NCBI GenBank assembly: GCA_964035545.1
Contig: OZ037765.1
Location: 15,810,995-15,874,994 of the forward strand
DNA: 64,000 bases
Direction of reading: 5' to 3'
Origin: Bugula neritina
Lineage: Eukaryota; Animalia; Bryozoa
Part shown: positions 1 to 13,900 of the stretch, piece after piece
How positions within the stretch are numbered: position 1 is the stretch's first letter
How the letters are laid out: every line of letters begins with the position of its first letter
Notes under the pieces: model-generated
Databases searched by the model: none
The model's input: only the letters and a program-made list of their open reading frames with translations
Told to the model about the DNA's origin: nothing
Program-made: the position numbers and the translations under genes

Positions 1-173
1 TACACACTTGTGTTCACCCAGTCTCTGTTGCAAATTTGATTTCATGAAATGTCACTGTAGTTCTTATAATTATATATTTTGCACTTTAGACTTTGTCAGG
101 AGTTGTCCTACTATTACATAGCGTTAAGTTATTGCACATTAGATTCACAATGCTAAAATCACATCACTTTTAG

Positions 174-1690
174 ATATTAATGAATGTGAGCTGGCAAGCA
201 CTAATGGCAGACTGTGTAATGGATTTTGTGATAATGTACCTGGATCTTTCAGATGTTCTTGCCCTGCTGGTTTTAGACTCAGTGAAAACGGCAGAGAATG
301 TTTGGGTAAGAGTACAAAATTTCAAGTTAACAAGTAAGATGTTGCTCAAGATCTTCTAAGACGTTGATAGTTTTTATTTTGTTTGTTGTTGACTTTGATT
401 GGTTGTGAGCTTTTTCGAATTTTTTTTACACTCTTCTCTGCAGTTCATTTCAAAACTTCAACTTCATTGTGAAATAACTAACATGTATTAGTGTTTTCAT
501 GTGCTTAACTTGAGTCTTGTATAGTGATGATCTCAATGCAGGTATAAGCTGACTAATAGGTTAATTTTTACTCAAAAATTCAGATATTGATGAATGTGAA
601 AGTGGATCAGCAAATTGTCAAGGATCTGATCAGATATGTATAAATACAAGAGGCAGTTTCAAATGCCATATAGTACGGTGTCCGAGATATTTTGTGGCTG
701 CTTCTCACCAGCAATCCAGGTATGCTTTTGTTACCTGTGCTTACAGCCCTTGAACCCTGTGCTTACAGCCCTTGAACAGTTACTCAATGGGAATGATGAT
801 GATGTTTCCTTCAGTTTTAATATTTCATGTTTTTTTCTTAATATTTTGATTAATTAATTTATATTCTGCAGATATCTAGTTCTTTTACTTAGTTCTGCGG
901 ACACAATAAACTAGCAAGTGGGAGCCATCAAGGCTAATAAGTTGACCATAATTAACATAATTATTATTAGTTTGTGAATGCTGCAAAATAACTCTGCACT
1001 TTTTTATATTTTAGAATATTTATTAATTGCTATGAAAAAGTTGTACCTTATTATATTTATTCGACTCAAATATGATGAAGGTAGAGATTATGAATGATAA
1101 TTTTATACTGTGTAGTACTATAATTCTGTCAATGATAGTGAAAAGTTATAATTGGGCACTAGAAAACTGGCCAAATTCTTCTTGACTGCTATACTGATAC
1201 ACTATCACCTACTATGACTACATGATGTGAGCAAGTCAAGTGCTGACGCTTATGAAATTGTTGTAGGAATAGTGTGCGCTGCTCAAGGCAGACATTCGTG
1301 TGTCCTCAGGGCAATGTGGAATGTCTAACAGCTCCTTTGTCCTTATCATACAACTTCCTCACACTCAGTGCCAACAGAATCCGAATACCTACAGAGTTGT
1401 TTACTATGAGAGGACCAGATACTTTTCCAAGAATTGATTTCGATTTGGATGTGAAGAAAAACTCAAATCTGTCTCCGAGTTCTATAAAAGTAACCGAAGA
1501 GCATTTCAAACTTTCAGTAGAATCATCTCAACCTAACCTAGCTGTGGTCTCAATAGTTCTCCCTATTGTTGGGAAGCAAGATATTGAATTAGAACTCAAT
1601 ATGACCATTTTCAACGAGGAGGGGTTCTTTGGCACAGCCACTGCTTCCATCACTATTTACGCTACAGTTGATGAATGGGAAGACTTTTAG
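174..1690 (+). CDS. Fibulin-family extracellular matrix protein, 3' end (cbEGF repeats + fibulin C-terminal domain); 5' part outside window
   Basis: Exons 174-305 ([43 protein letters not shown]), 584-719 ([28 protein letters not shown]...) and 1267-1690 (C-terminal module ending TAG). Introns are GT-AG with compatible phases; AATAAA at 2221. Fibulin versus hemicentin cannot be decided from this fragment. Confidence 0.85.
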
Positions 1691-2585
1691 GCAAAATGAA
1701 ACACTTGATGAATTCTTTGTATGCATATTTATATTCTAAAATCTATTTATGGTGTATTACAACACTATATATTTGGCATACGATTTTAGCACTGGCTGCA
1801 TTATATTAATAAAACATTTTACGAAATACATTTTTGTTTGTCTTATGCATGCGCTGTTACTGCACCAGATAAGAGTGCATTTTTTATATATAACATGTAT
1901 GACGGTAACTTGAAAGTGCATGGAGCTGGAGAAGCACCATAAACTATAACCCAAACACCAGCATATCAGAGACAGCAGTGATATATGTAACAACTGCCTG
2001 ACATTTCTTGCACTTTACTTCTATCTGACAACATTAATTAATTGGAATGCAGCTCCCTGGGTCAAGATTTTGTGGTAGCATTTTATTGTGATGTGTTTAG
2101 CCTGTAGAGTGTTATGTATTGAGATGTGGCATATATGAAACTTTATTGCGTGCAATACTTTATGTGCAATACTTTATCTTATAAACTTGTTTCAATACAT
2201 ATCTCTTATTCTTATCTTTAAATAAATATTATTGATGTGTGCTGATAATTTTTGTGTATCTAAAAAGTAGTAATATAGCATATACTATGCTGATAGCTGC
2301 CTTATGCTCAGATTATGCCCTTGTATTAATCACGTATTAATGGAGTTTCATATTCAAATAAAAAAACTGTGCAGCATTGGATGAGCAGAACACAAATCAT
2401 TTTAAAATGGCACTATGCCAGTCGGACTAAACCTGCGTTATAATTATAAATTGATCATAAAATATTATATTTGCTAACTGTTTATGTAGGGTTAAAACAA
2501 ACAATTGATATATCATAGATGTAGAATTCATCATATTTAAACGTTCAGCTAATTTTCTTTTGAATTTAAGTTGTTCTAAAAGACA

Positions 2586-3417
2586 CATTAGCCCAATAAT
2601 GAGACATTGTGCGAAGGATTTTCATGCGTCTAACATACTGAGCGAGAAGTGCGGTAAGCTCGTGTGTGGTTGATCTAATTGGCTCATTATCATTTAGCGA
2701 GCACACTTTTTCTTATTTCAATTTACGTTTTAGCTTTTGGCGAACTGAATTAAAACAGTTTCATATAATTTGCATTTCCGCTTTTATAATAATTATCTAA
2801 AATCACTTTGCCGATGACGTAGTTGAACAAACAGTATAAATAAACGTCTGTGGGCGAGCCGTAAAGTTTTAAGTGTAGGGCCACACGACGTGAGAAATCC
2901 CATTTAGCCTAAAAATTGGACGCTGCGTGCGGATTTTCAAGCGTCTAACATGCTGAGCGAGAAGTGCAACATGCATGTTTGATCTAATTGCTTTATTACC
3001 ATGTAATATTTAGCGAGCACATTTTTTTAATTTTAATTTACGATTTAACTTCTAGCGAGCTGAATTAAATCAGTTTTATATAGTTTGCCGAGGATGCAGT
3101 TTAAAAACAAACGTCTGTAGGCGAGCAGTAAAGTTTAATGCTAACACCATTGGCTAATACATTTTTGCACTCGCCACACACGCACTGTGTGGCAGGACAC
3201 TAGCGTGGATTCTCGCACGTCAAGCTCGTGTAAAACGCTTTGTGTGGCCCTACACTAACGCTAACATCATTAGCTAATAAGTTTCCTCCCTCGCAACACA
3301 CGCATTGTGTGTGGCATTGAACTATACTTATAGTTTCAGTTCAGTGGTGTGTGGCATGTCTGGACGGGTTTTCTCGCACGTTACGAACGTGTAAAAACGC
3401 GTCGTGTGGCCCTACGC
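2586..3417. mobile_element. PIF/Harbinger-like MITE (outer copy, left end decayed) interrupted by a second copy of the same family
   Basis: Right TIR CGTCGTGTGGCCCTACGC followed by TTA; 2607-2870 and 3259-3417 are collinear with the inner copy. Confidence 0.7.
2873..3255. mobile_element. PIF/Harbinger-like MITE (inner copy)
   Basis: 14-bp TIR GTGTAGGGCCACAC...GTGTGGCCCTACAC with TAA on both sides (2870-2872, 3256-3258). Confidence 0.85.
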
Positions 3418-3719
3418 TTACCACAGCTGCTTGTGCGTAGTTGTATAGGCTTATCCCCACTTGTCACCCCCTTTATTTTTTACCTTAAAATAGTGCTTTT
3501 TAAAATTTAAATATAAAAAATAAACTTTAAAATAGTAAAAGACAAATTTATTTTTAGTTCAAAACAATATCCTGAACAGTATTGACTTTCTAGTTGGAAG
3601 CTTAGTGAGGAGGTAATTCGCACTTCCAACGGGATGTTCTACTTCTAGAAACCTGTAGCGCCCAATCCCTGTGATACAAAGAACTCCTCAGTTTTACATC
3701 TTCATCTTGTTTACTTACT

Positions 3720-5060
3720 AGCAGTATTTCTACTGCTACAAATTAAATAATAGGATTACCACTAACGCTATTATTCATATAAATATAATATACTATGCTT
3801 ACAGTTACTACTACCTGCCAAAGAGTAGTAATTATATTTGTTGTTTCATCGGACCAGTGCACTCAGACTCAGTGCTACTGCTAGTGCTACGCCTACGGCT
3901 ACTGTTAGTGTTACACTTTGACTTACTATAAGTATAACTATAATCATAATGATAATGAGTATAACTATAAACTAGGAGTAGAAGTATAACTGTTAGTGTT
4001 AGTAATAGTATTACTATTAGTATTACTATTGTTTATTAGTATTAAACTATTTAATTTTACAATTAGTATTACACCATTGGCATTACTATTAGTATAATTA
4101 TTAGTATTAGTATGTCTTAGTATTAGACATACTCATAGTCATAGTGATAGTCATAGAGACTAGAGTATCAGTATGAGTATAAATCATAAATGTTATTATT
4201 TAAAAGTATAAATTTATATCAAATTCAGTTCCGATACTTTTAGTTTTAACAACTACAACGACTAGGAAAGGTTTGCCTTGAACTTGGAGTTGGTTATAAA
4301 GAATGGAAATTTAATCTAAAACTAAAGGCTGTGCCTGTAGCCTCAGCCTGTTGACAATCACTATGTGTGTGGTCAGTGTTGAATGTTGGCGGTTAAACTT
4401 ACAGCTAGTGCTACTCACTCATGTAAGTTTCTTAACTTACCTTGAGGTTAAATTACTTAGTCTACATTTTACAGTTACTTACTCAGTTACTGATTTTCAC
4501 TTTGAGTTACTAAGTAACTTAGAATTACTGTTAGTGTGTCACTGTAACTCTTATTAAGTCTTACTCTTACTAAAAATGAGACTCTAGCTCTTAGTCTTAC
4601 TCTAAGTCTTTCACTAAAACTTACTTTAATTTGTTTATAGACTGACTTTCAGTTTCAGTTTCTTAGTTACTGTTATTGTTGGTTTCTAACAGACACATGC
4701 CCATGGTCCATTACTTTAAGTTTAACTCATTATGTTTAAGAGGCTAACACTAACAGTAACAGCTCTTGTTTTTACTATCATTATAACTATAAGTATAACT
4801 ATTATTGGTAATACCAATACTTATAGTCATAGTGATGGTAATACTAATACTAATGGTAATACTAATACTAATAGTAATCTAATAGTAATACTAATACTAA
4901 TGGTAATACTAAAAATAACAGTAATCTAATAGTAATACTATTAATACTAATGGTAATACTAATACTAATCTAATAGTAATAGTAATACTAATATTAATAG
5001 TATTACATTTGCTATCAATTATTTTAATTTATGGTTATTAGTACTTATTAGTAATTTCAG
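3720..5060. repeat. 6-bp-periodic degenerate repeat tract (ACTAAT/AGTAAT/ACTATT/ACTCTT/AGTTTC units)
   Basis: Visible hexamer periodicity with a drifting unit; approximate boundaries. Confidence 0.75.
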
Positions 5061-5761
5061 TGTCACCATCTGCTAGCATTTTTATTTTAATTTTCAAATA
5101 TTGATATAAACTATAATTAAATTCATTTAGTTGTACGTTTTAATTTCGCATTTTGTTTTAATAGTTCTAGTTGGTTATATTTGTAGAATTAAAAAACTTA
5201 AATATAATTAAAGTTAATTATATTACTGGTATTTTTTTTCTAACTTCATAATGGTAATTTCAAGTGTAACAAGTAATAGGTAATAAATAGTCATTAGCAC
5301 CTAAATGAAGTCTAGCAGTAAATTTTTCAAGCTTAACTGTTGCAGTATCAGTATCTTTACTATTCAAAATATTGATAAGAGTATTGCTACTATTGGTAAT
5401 CTTGTAGTTATTAAGCCTGAATTATTATAAAAGTAATTTTTGTCACATTATTTTAATTTTTATTGTGCTAGTATTTGTGCTGTTATTCTTTCAGTACCAC
5501 TGCATGGTGATAGGCAACATTTTCTATTAATATTTGCTTATTCCAACAATGAGCAAGATGCATTGCTGGATTTTATTTGATTTTCTAGTTAATATAGAGT
5601 AGTTGCCTGCTAGTCTTTCACATGGTAGTGTCCCTACAACAATTAAGATTGCACTTGCTTTTGTATTTCACATATCCTTTTTAACTCTATTATAGAATCC
5701 TAAATCTGTATAGTTTATTTATTGTCTTTGTCTTTACCTTACTTGAAGCCCAAATACCACC

Positions 5762-5862
5762 ATATATATATATATGTGTATATATGTGTATATATGTATA
5801 TATATCTGTATATATATATGTATATATATCTGTATATATATATGTGTGTGTGTGTGTGTGTA
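5762..5862. repeat. (TA)n/(TG)n compound microsatellite
   Basis: Direct inspection. Confidence 0.9.
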
Positions 5863-6929
5863 CTATTTTACTTTCTGTTTTTTTTATCGGAAGTAACTGT
5901 ATCCAGGTCTCCTTGTGGTAATAATTTTGTAAAATTAAATGTTAAAATCTTATATAATATTGATATCAGTACTCTCTCTAATATTAGTTAATTGTAGCAA
6001 CATTGTCATGTTTCTTTTGTATGGCAGTTGTGCTAGTTTTTCATACTTGTGATATTGTTTATCACATGCTAATATTTTAAATTTTTTTACATTCATTACT
6101 TTTTAGTAAAAAGTAGATTAAAGCCTTTAATTTTATTAAACATAGTATATTTGCCAAGTTTTAGATTTCCTAATGATTATTATAAATTTCAGAAAAACCT
6201 AGATTTTCACCATAAATTATATAAGGTACAATTAAAACATGTCAAAAAACTCTTTTCACAAGAATATTATCATAATTGTTTAATACTTTCAACTGAGTTT
6301 TCATGGTGTCTTGTATTGATAAAAAAGTTTATATGCTGCCAATACCTGCATAAAAGTGCCACATTTCTTATGGAAACAATCATTTAGTACAAAGAGCATA
6401 GAATCATTCTATTTTTAAGTACATGTGATCGAGGAACTCTGAAAGCCAGTAGCCATTTTAAGGTGCTCTATCAAAAAATCTACCCAATGCTAAATGTATT
6501 TCGAAATTCTTTCAACAATTAGAAGTACATATTGTGTGTAATTGCACCCAAGATGACTTTAAATATCCTGGTTAATTTTAAGACATTTTGATGATATTAG
6601 GTAACTGGCTTAAGTCAGTTTATGTTATTCTTTAAGCTTTACACGCAAGGCTTTTCTAATATTAAAATATGTTGCCAGTCAAAATTACCACTATTGTATT
6701 ATAAGAGAGAGAGATCATATAACACTATCTTGGACCTTATTTTTCTTTTTTTTTTATACTTTAAAAACAGGGGTTAGTTGCAACTGTTTCTAAATTTTTT
6801 TATTATTTTCAGTTTCCTAAATTAGATTAATATATTATTTTTAGGTTTGTTGTCCGTTCATTTTTTATGACTATTGGTTTTTACACATAAAACTCAGGCA
6901 AGTTTATATTTGCCATCTCCAGAAAACCC

Positions 6930-7055
6930 CTGATGAATTTTTTAAATTGGGTCAAGGGCATATTTATATGTGGCACAGGATGCTCCTCCTAGCCATTGGT
7001 GTTTGGACTCGAACCATTGATTACTGGGCCAGCACTCTAACTACTACATCACTGC
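6930..7055 (-). mobile_element. Degenerate tRNA-derived SINE head
   Basis: Minus strand has an A-box-like TAGTAGTTAGAG and a B box GGTTCGAGTCC, followed by a central segment shared with the copy at 15710-15833. Confidence 0.55.
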
Positions 7056-7306
7056 TGCTTTCTTTTTTTACCATGAAGCAACTCTAGTCAAAAAAGTGTT
7101 TGAGCACTAAATATTTATCTGGCCAGTAGCATGAACAAACTATAATTGTTGTATGCTGTGAGCTTGGTTATAAGTATAAAAATAATTATTCTCGTTGCTT
7201 ACATACATTTGGTGCATTTCAGGTTATGAGACTTGAGGAGTATAAGTTAATTGATGAAAAGTGATGAAACTTCTAGTTTCCTAACATTGGCATCTGCTGC
7301 CTAAAA

Positions 7307-8631
7307 ATGAACTCCCTTAGCTGCAAAGAACTGTGCTGCTTATTTTGCTGCCCACCTTGTCCATCTCAAATTGCTGCTAAGTTAGCATTCCTCCCGCCTG
7401 AGCCTACCTATACCATTACGTCAGAAAGTATGGATACTTATAATCTACACTTAAATGACAGGGCAGAGTTCCAGTATGGGCAGAAAGAGTTGGACTGTAT
7501 AGAAGTATTAATGACGGAAACAAAGGCTCAACTTCATATAGCCATGATGTATGTCAACTGTGCCCCACAGTCTCGATATACACTACTTTTCAGCCATGGA
7601 AATGCAGTTGACTTGGGGCAGATGTCTAGCTTTTTTATCGGTTTGGGAACAAGGTTGAAGTGCAATATTTTTAGCTACGATTACAGTGGTTATGGTGTAA
7701 GTGAAGGTCATCCTACTGAGCGCCATCTTTACAAAGATGTAGATGCTGCATTCCACACTTTACTTACCAAATATGGACTTAGTGCTGACCGTATAGTTTT
7801 GTATGGTCAAAGTATTGGCACAGTACCAACTATCGACTTGGCTGCTCGTCATAAAGTAGCTGGAGTTGTTCTGCACTCTCCACTTATGTCTGGTATGAGA
7901 GTGACATGTCCCAATATGAAGCGAACTTACTGCTGTGACTCCTTTCCTAGGTAATACCTAATTTTTTATTCTACTTGCTGCTTTTTGTTAAGAGTAAAAC
8001 TGTATAAAACTCTATAAAGCTAATTATTTTTGTCACATTTGTTCATGTCTATTCCTTCAACCATTTGAGAATTTCAAACTAAGCTCTAATAGATAGAAAT
8101 TTCAATTTTAAATCGTTAGATTCTGTTTCTCACTAATCTTAAAGTTTCTTATAGTCTGCTTTGCTATGTATATATTTTTATATAATCACTCTTCCATTTA
8201 TAATGGATGATGATGAATAAGTCAGTTAAATAGAATCTCACCAGCCACTCTCAAAGGACCAAGGTGGTGAGAGGTGACCACCAAAGTCAGATGAATAGAA
8301 GTTTGACTGTTGAAGGAGTTGCCTAATTGAATAAGCTGCAATATATATTTTGTGTTTTAGTATTGATAAAGTACATAAAATCGCGTCACCTGTGATGGTT
8401 ATACACGGAACTGATGATGAAGTAATAGATTTCCAACATGGCCTTGAGATATATGACAAAACTCCGATAACTGTTGAACCTTTATGGTTGGAGGGTGCTG
8501 GTCATAATGATGTAGAATTGTATGGTCAATATCTAGACCGGCTCAAAAAATTCATAGATGTTGAGTTACCCAGATGTCAAAGGGAGCAAGAAGAACAATT
8601 GGATGAACAGTTTCTTGTGCCCCTTTCGTAA
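7307..8631 (+). CDS. ABHD17: Alpha/beta hydrolase ABHD17-like protein depalmitoylase (304 aa)
   Basis: Exons 7307-7950 and 8361-8631. N-terminal Cys cluster [32 protein letters not shown], and catalytic triad motifs GQSIG / HGTDDEVI / GAGHND. 5'UTR splice acceptor at 7221-7222. Confidence 0.97.
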
Positions 8632-9560
8632 TACAAACATTCTGCATTTGATTTAACAATAGCATAATTGGATCAAAATTACATGTATATATATGTAGTG
8701 GTACAAGGCATGGTTATATATGTACATATAAACAGTACTGGATATTGAATGTGAGTTTAGAGTTGGAAATTACATAGCATGCAAGCTTTTTTATTTATAG
8801 AATATTTATAAATCTAATTTTTGAGTATTTTATAACTTTCATAATAATTTGATGTTTATATAATTATACTAATGATGTAAAGTTTTATTATTTAATGAAG
8901 CTAAATTTACCACAAATATAATTTATGTGGTGCCTGTTGCAGATTTTTTTTATTTAAAAGATCTCACTTAATTGTTACCATGAAATTGTTCCAATTAAGT
9001 AATTATTCTATTGAGATAACTTTTATAGAGACCAAGTAACTGCCACCACCAAATCTAAAGAAATTGCCACCAAGTCTGCATTGTAGAATGTATTTTGTCA
9101 AATCCAGATAAGTTTATTTATAAATTAAAAGTATTAGGTGGCAAAAACCTGTTATTGACTAATTAAAGTAGGTAGGTATTCTATTTTTGATATAAAGAAA
9201 CAGTTTTGTTTTACCCTTTTTCAAAATCCAACTTAGGCTTCAATTTTATTGAGCTTTTAAATATAAGTAATATTATATTACTAATCAACATGGATTTCTG
9301 GCAGTAATAATGATATAGTTAATTATCAACTGCAATTATTGCTATAGTAGATATTATAAAAGTATTTATGTCATCTTGTTTCATGCCCTGGCTCTACAAT
9401 TTGGCCTTTTATATCAGCAAAGTAATCTGGCTGTAAATAGAAGCTTTTAATAACACATTTGTAAAACTTTAACAACATAAAGGCAGCTTTGATAATGCTA
9501 TTGAAAGTAATTATTATGATTCAAATGCATAAAAATCTTGCGAAAACATATCCTCTAGAG

Positions 9561-9864
9561 CAGGGTGTCCAACCTTTTTAGACAGAGGGCCAATGAATGG
9601 GAATAATTAAGTTCAAGGGCCACATTGTAAACTTTAGTATGAGCAATAGTAATTACCATTTCGATTTCTTATTAAAATTACACAAATAAGCCTTAACTGC
9701 ATGCTTTGTAGCTGCGGTATATAAATAAGACATTTAAATGGTGGTTTTTCCCTCTAATTTATAGATGTTTGAAACAGTAATTTTACATGCCATGTCTTTG
9801 AGGGCCACATAAATGTAGGCTGAGGGCCACATCCGGCCCTGGGTCCACCTGTTGGACAGCACTC
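9561..9864. mobile_element. hAT (Charlie-like) MITE
   Basis: Ends CAGGGTGTCCAAC...GTTGGACAGCACTC, subterminal GGGCC motifs, imperfect 8-bp TSD CTCTAGAG/CTCTATAA. Confidence 0.7.
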
Positions 9865-10429
9865 CTCTATAATCTACAGCCTACACCCTTGTTGCTGTAC
9901 TTCATTTGTAATTAAGAGTTGTGCCTCATCAAGATACTACCAAGTTAGTAAACTATTGAACAGAATTATTTTTTCCCACAATAAATACTAAATTAAGCAG
10001 TAGTACGCATCATTGTTTATGTTTCAATAAAAGATAAAAAATTGCGCAAACTTAAAAGCATTTTTTGTAGTACCCTAGTTGGTTTTTAAAAAAAAATGCT
10101 GCAATTGATTCCTGATGGTATCAGACCAAGTCTTGTTGACATCGAGCTTTTTAAAACGCTGACTAGATACGCATGGGCCTAAGCCCTAATGCTTAAGATA
10201 AGTAGATACTGTTATACGCATTAGCCCAGTGTCGGTTTGGTGACAAACTACTCTATTATAATAAAACTAACATGGGTGCATGAATGTGGCCCTTCGCAAC
10301 AGAAGTTGTCCACCCTTAGTCTATTATAATCTTGCCTTTCGGACCTAAAGCGATTTCTTGTATCCATTTTTAAAGTTTGTTAGTTTTATCTCACGCTTAC
10401 GGCTGCGCGCTTTGTTGCAAATAATAATC

Positions 10430-11310
10430 TTTTAACATTAATGTTAATTTAGATTTAATTTTAATGTTAATGTTATAGTTGTACAATAATTATAATGATC
10501 ATCGCGACTCTTTTCACAGCGCTCGAGCCGTCAAGGTAACTGTTAGCATCCTAATCATACATATAATCACCAAGTCCAATGATAATCATAACACTTGAAG
10601 TTATTGTTAACAGCATTACTGATACTGATACTGATAGTGATAGTGATACTGATAGTGATAGTGATTACAGATAATGAAATATTCTTTGTTAAATTAAAGG
10701 TTTAATAATAATTTCAAATATATTATAAGTATGACTATTAGTATTAGCATTAGTATTACTCTGACTATCACAATGATAATGGTAATCATTTACTTCTACT
10801 CACCCAAAGCCACTTAAATCTTAATCCTATACTTCATACTTGAGTTGTTGTTATGATTATCATTATCACTATCGGTATGCCGTATGAGTATTACAATCTC
10901 AATCTGTCAATACTCAAAGTCAAAAGTCGAAACAAATATCAAAGTAAAATTCAATTGTAATACTAAAAGTAATAAATTAAACTTAATCCTTACTAATTCA
11001 CAAAGTTTCAGACAAAGGAACTTACGCAACAGATTAAGTAGTAACGAACAACAATGATATCGATATAATGATACCATATGTTCTATCACCAGATTGAGAT
11101 TTACTACAATCATGATATTAAATTTAATGGCCAATGGCAAAGGTCCAAAGGAAGCCTACACTGATATTAAATGTAGTACTAATGCTAATAGTAATAGTAA
11201 TAGACATAGTAATACTAATAGTAATACTAGTACTAATAATATTACTATAGTAATTGTAAATGTAATCACCAACTCCTAGTTGTTTATTGGATTTTAGGTT
11301 AGAATAGCAC
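10430..11310. repeat. 6-bp-periodic degenerate repeat tract
   Basis: ACTGAT/AGTGAT, AATGTT, AGTCAA and AGTAAT hexamer runs; approximate boundaries. Confidence 0.7.
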
Positions 11311-11384
11311 TAGTAAAAACTGGCACAGGTAATAATGGCATCGGTAGGCAGCACAAATAGAAAAGTAGGAAAAAATGGCACACT

Positions 11385-13900
11385 GACGCTGATTGTGTGA
11401 TTGGTGCTTAAGAGTAAAACCAGGTTTGATTGAGTCTAAGCTGATAATTATCGTGATTTATTGCGATTCTAACTAACTAACTAACTAGTTCAACGAGTCT
11501 CGCTGCAAATAAAAGCGAGTCAAACAACACAACATCCCCCTTTCTAAGTGGGTTACAAAACAATTTATATGTAATCACGTGTGCCATTAATTAAGATTGA
11601 CAATAGTAAATGAAGGTTAACAATAGTGAGAAAAAGCGTAATATATTCATGATTGTTGCATAGAAGGCACGAGTGTCTGCGTGGTTAGATCATCTGGATG
11701 TTAATTCATCACATAGTCGTCAAACCTCCGGGGCAATCTTCGCTCTCTGGATAGACCACCAAACCTACCTGGAACCGTTAGACTGGCTGGATGGGCTAAA
11801 GACGTACCCGAGCCCTCTGCGACCAATGTTCCGAGTGCATGATGGGTTGACTTTTTTTAGCTTCAGGACCAAGTACCTCTGAACCCATAGGAACCGGCGG
11901 AAGAGCATTTGGTTCAAGCACCATGGGGTCCTCTTCCCCGAGATCTACCAAAGCACTCTTGTTTCGGCGTATAACTACTGTTTCAGTTTTCACTGTGTAT
12001 GAGTGTGGAGCTACATTTGCCAGGACTGTGCCCTCTTTTTTAATGTCCCTGACGTAAACGGGTGAACCTTGAGAAGTTCAGGTAACAGCGTGGCTTTGTG
12101 CTGTTGATTGTAGTTATTCATGGTCCTTAGATTTATGTGTTGTTCCTTCTCAACAATGTTTAGCGTCTTGTGAACCACTTGGGTTTCAGACGTTGTGGGT
12201 AGAGTGGTTTGAAGTAGCCTGTTCATCAAAAGTTCTGAAGGGGTAAATATATCTTCGAGTGGAGTTGCTCTGTAGCTTAGTAGGCTTAGGTATGGGTCCG
12301 TGATTTTGTTCCACAGACGCTTTACTGTTCCTACCGCTCTCTCAGCTTCCCCATTGACTTGAGTATTTTGGAGAGCTGGTCACGTGTTGAAAACCATAAC
12401 TCTTGGCAAATCCTTGGAACGCCCTAAAGCTGAACTGAGGTCTGTTTTCAGAAATGGCTCTCCGGAACTTCATGTATTGAGAAGATGGATTTAACTTTGT
12501 CCCCAGTGAATGCTGAAGGCAGGGAATCTAATCTCCTAACTTCTATGTATCTGCTATGGTAATCAAACACTAACAGATAATTCTTTTTCTGAAATTTGAA
12601 CAGGTTTGCACCTAACTTTATCTAGGGTTTAGATGGCAAAGTGGACGGCTGCAGGGGTTCTACCGGAGTCGGTGAGTTAATTCTGCACTGTCGACATCCA
12701 TGTACCATTCCCTTGATTTGTTAAAATATTCCCGACCACTAGATAGATCTTCTGGCTCTTGCCTGGCATTTTATTATTCCTTGATGGGCCTGGTGAATGC
12801 GGTCAAGCAGTTTTATAGTCTTAGGTTGCGTGGGATGACTAGCCGCTGATCATATAAGAAAAGGCCTTTAGATTGTGTCAAATGTCCTTTGACATCCCAG
12901 TAAGGGTGTACTGCTGTGTGAGCATTTGTTTTATATGTAGGCCATCCTTTTATGATTAGATTCTGGACCTCTTAACACCCAGCATCTAGTTGTTGTGCCC
13001 CCTTGATTTCTTCGATCATTGGATATATAGAAGGTATAATAGAGGTGCTAGCTTCTAGCTCTTCAACCAGCATCACATCTATGCAAGATGGTAGACCAGA
13101 AGGTACTTGCGGACTATTGTAGTTTGTAGTAAAATAGTTGACAACCAAAGTATTTTGTCACTAACTACTGTACCATCTGCACCCGTATTCAGCTTGGAAG
13201 TAGTAGGGTTGCCATTTACTGCTACTTCAGCTTTCCAAGCATCCTCAGTTAAGTTTTCTATTTTGAACTCTTCTGTGAACAGCATACCCTCGTCACTACC
13301 TGCTTCGGTCACCTCCTGAATTGATTTACTTCTGCATTGCCATTGGAAGTGGCCCACTTTCCTGCACTTCCTGCATTGGGCATCCTTGGCTGGGCAATCT
13401 GTTTTTGAATGTGGTTCTCAACTGCACATTTTACAATGATCCTGGCTGTTTGTAGGCTTGTACACCTGCTAGTTAATTGGCAGCTGAACAGCACCTCCAT
13501 GCTTGCGTGTATGACTTTTTCTGCTTTGCTTATATTTGGGGTACCTGCTCTGTGCTTTATTTATGGCATCTCCAGGCCCTGAGCTTGCTCCTTTTGTTAC
13601 ACTTTGCATCACAGTTGAAGTGACTTCACTGCTCCTTCAAATTCGTACAGCCTGGTCTAGTGTTAGTGTTTCCTTGAGAAATTAATTTCTTTTTAAGAGA
13701 GTCATCTCTAATTCCAGCCATCTCTAATTCCAATTCAATTTTTCAGCATTTCGTCAAAGGGTGCTGGTGCCTCATCAGTGGCAGGTCAGTAGTTAAATCC
13801 ATATTTATCTGCTAGTGCATGTAGTTTTGAGTAAAAAACTTCAAAATTTTCTCCTTGTAAATAACACCTTGTATTAAATTTATAACATTACTATCTTTCT
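11385..13900 (-). mobile_element. Degenerate Ty3/Gypsy LTR retrotransposon (gag CCHC, protease, integrase; RT/RNase H absent; only the 3' LTR visible)
   Basis: CCHC knuckle C..C.KVGHFQWQC (~13330-13380), protease relic KLNTGADGTVV, integrase relics ~12000-12850 with many stops and frameshifts, PPT AGAAAGGGGGA followed by TGT at 11534. Outer limits approximate. Confidence 0.8.

Noticed and set aside
4732-4929. T/I/N-rich ORF (also 11094-11279, 5722-5991, 34773-35024)
   Set aside because: By-products of hexamer or TA repeats; no splice or homology support.
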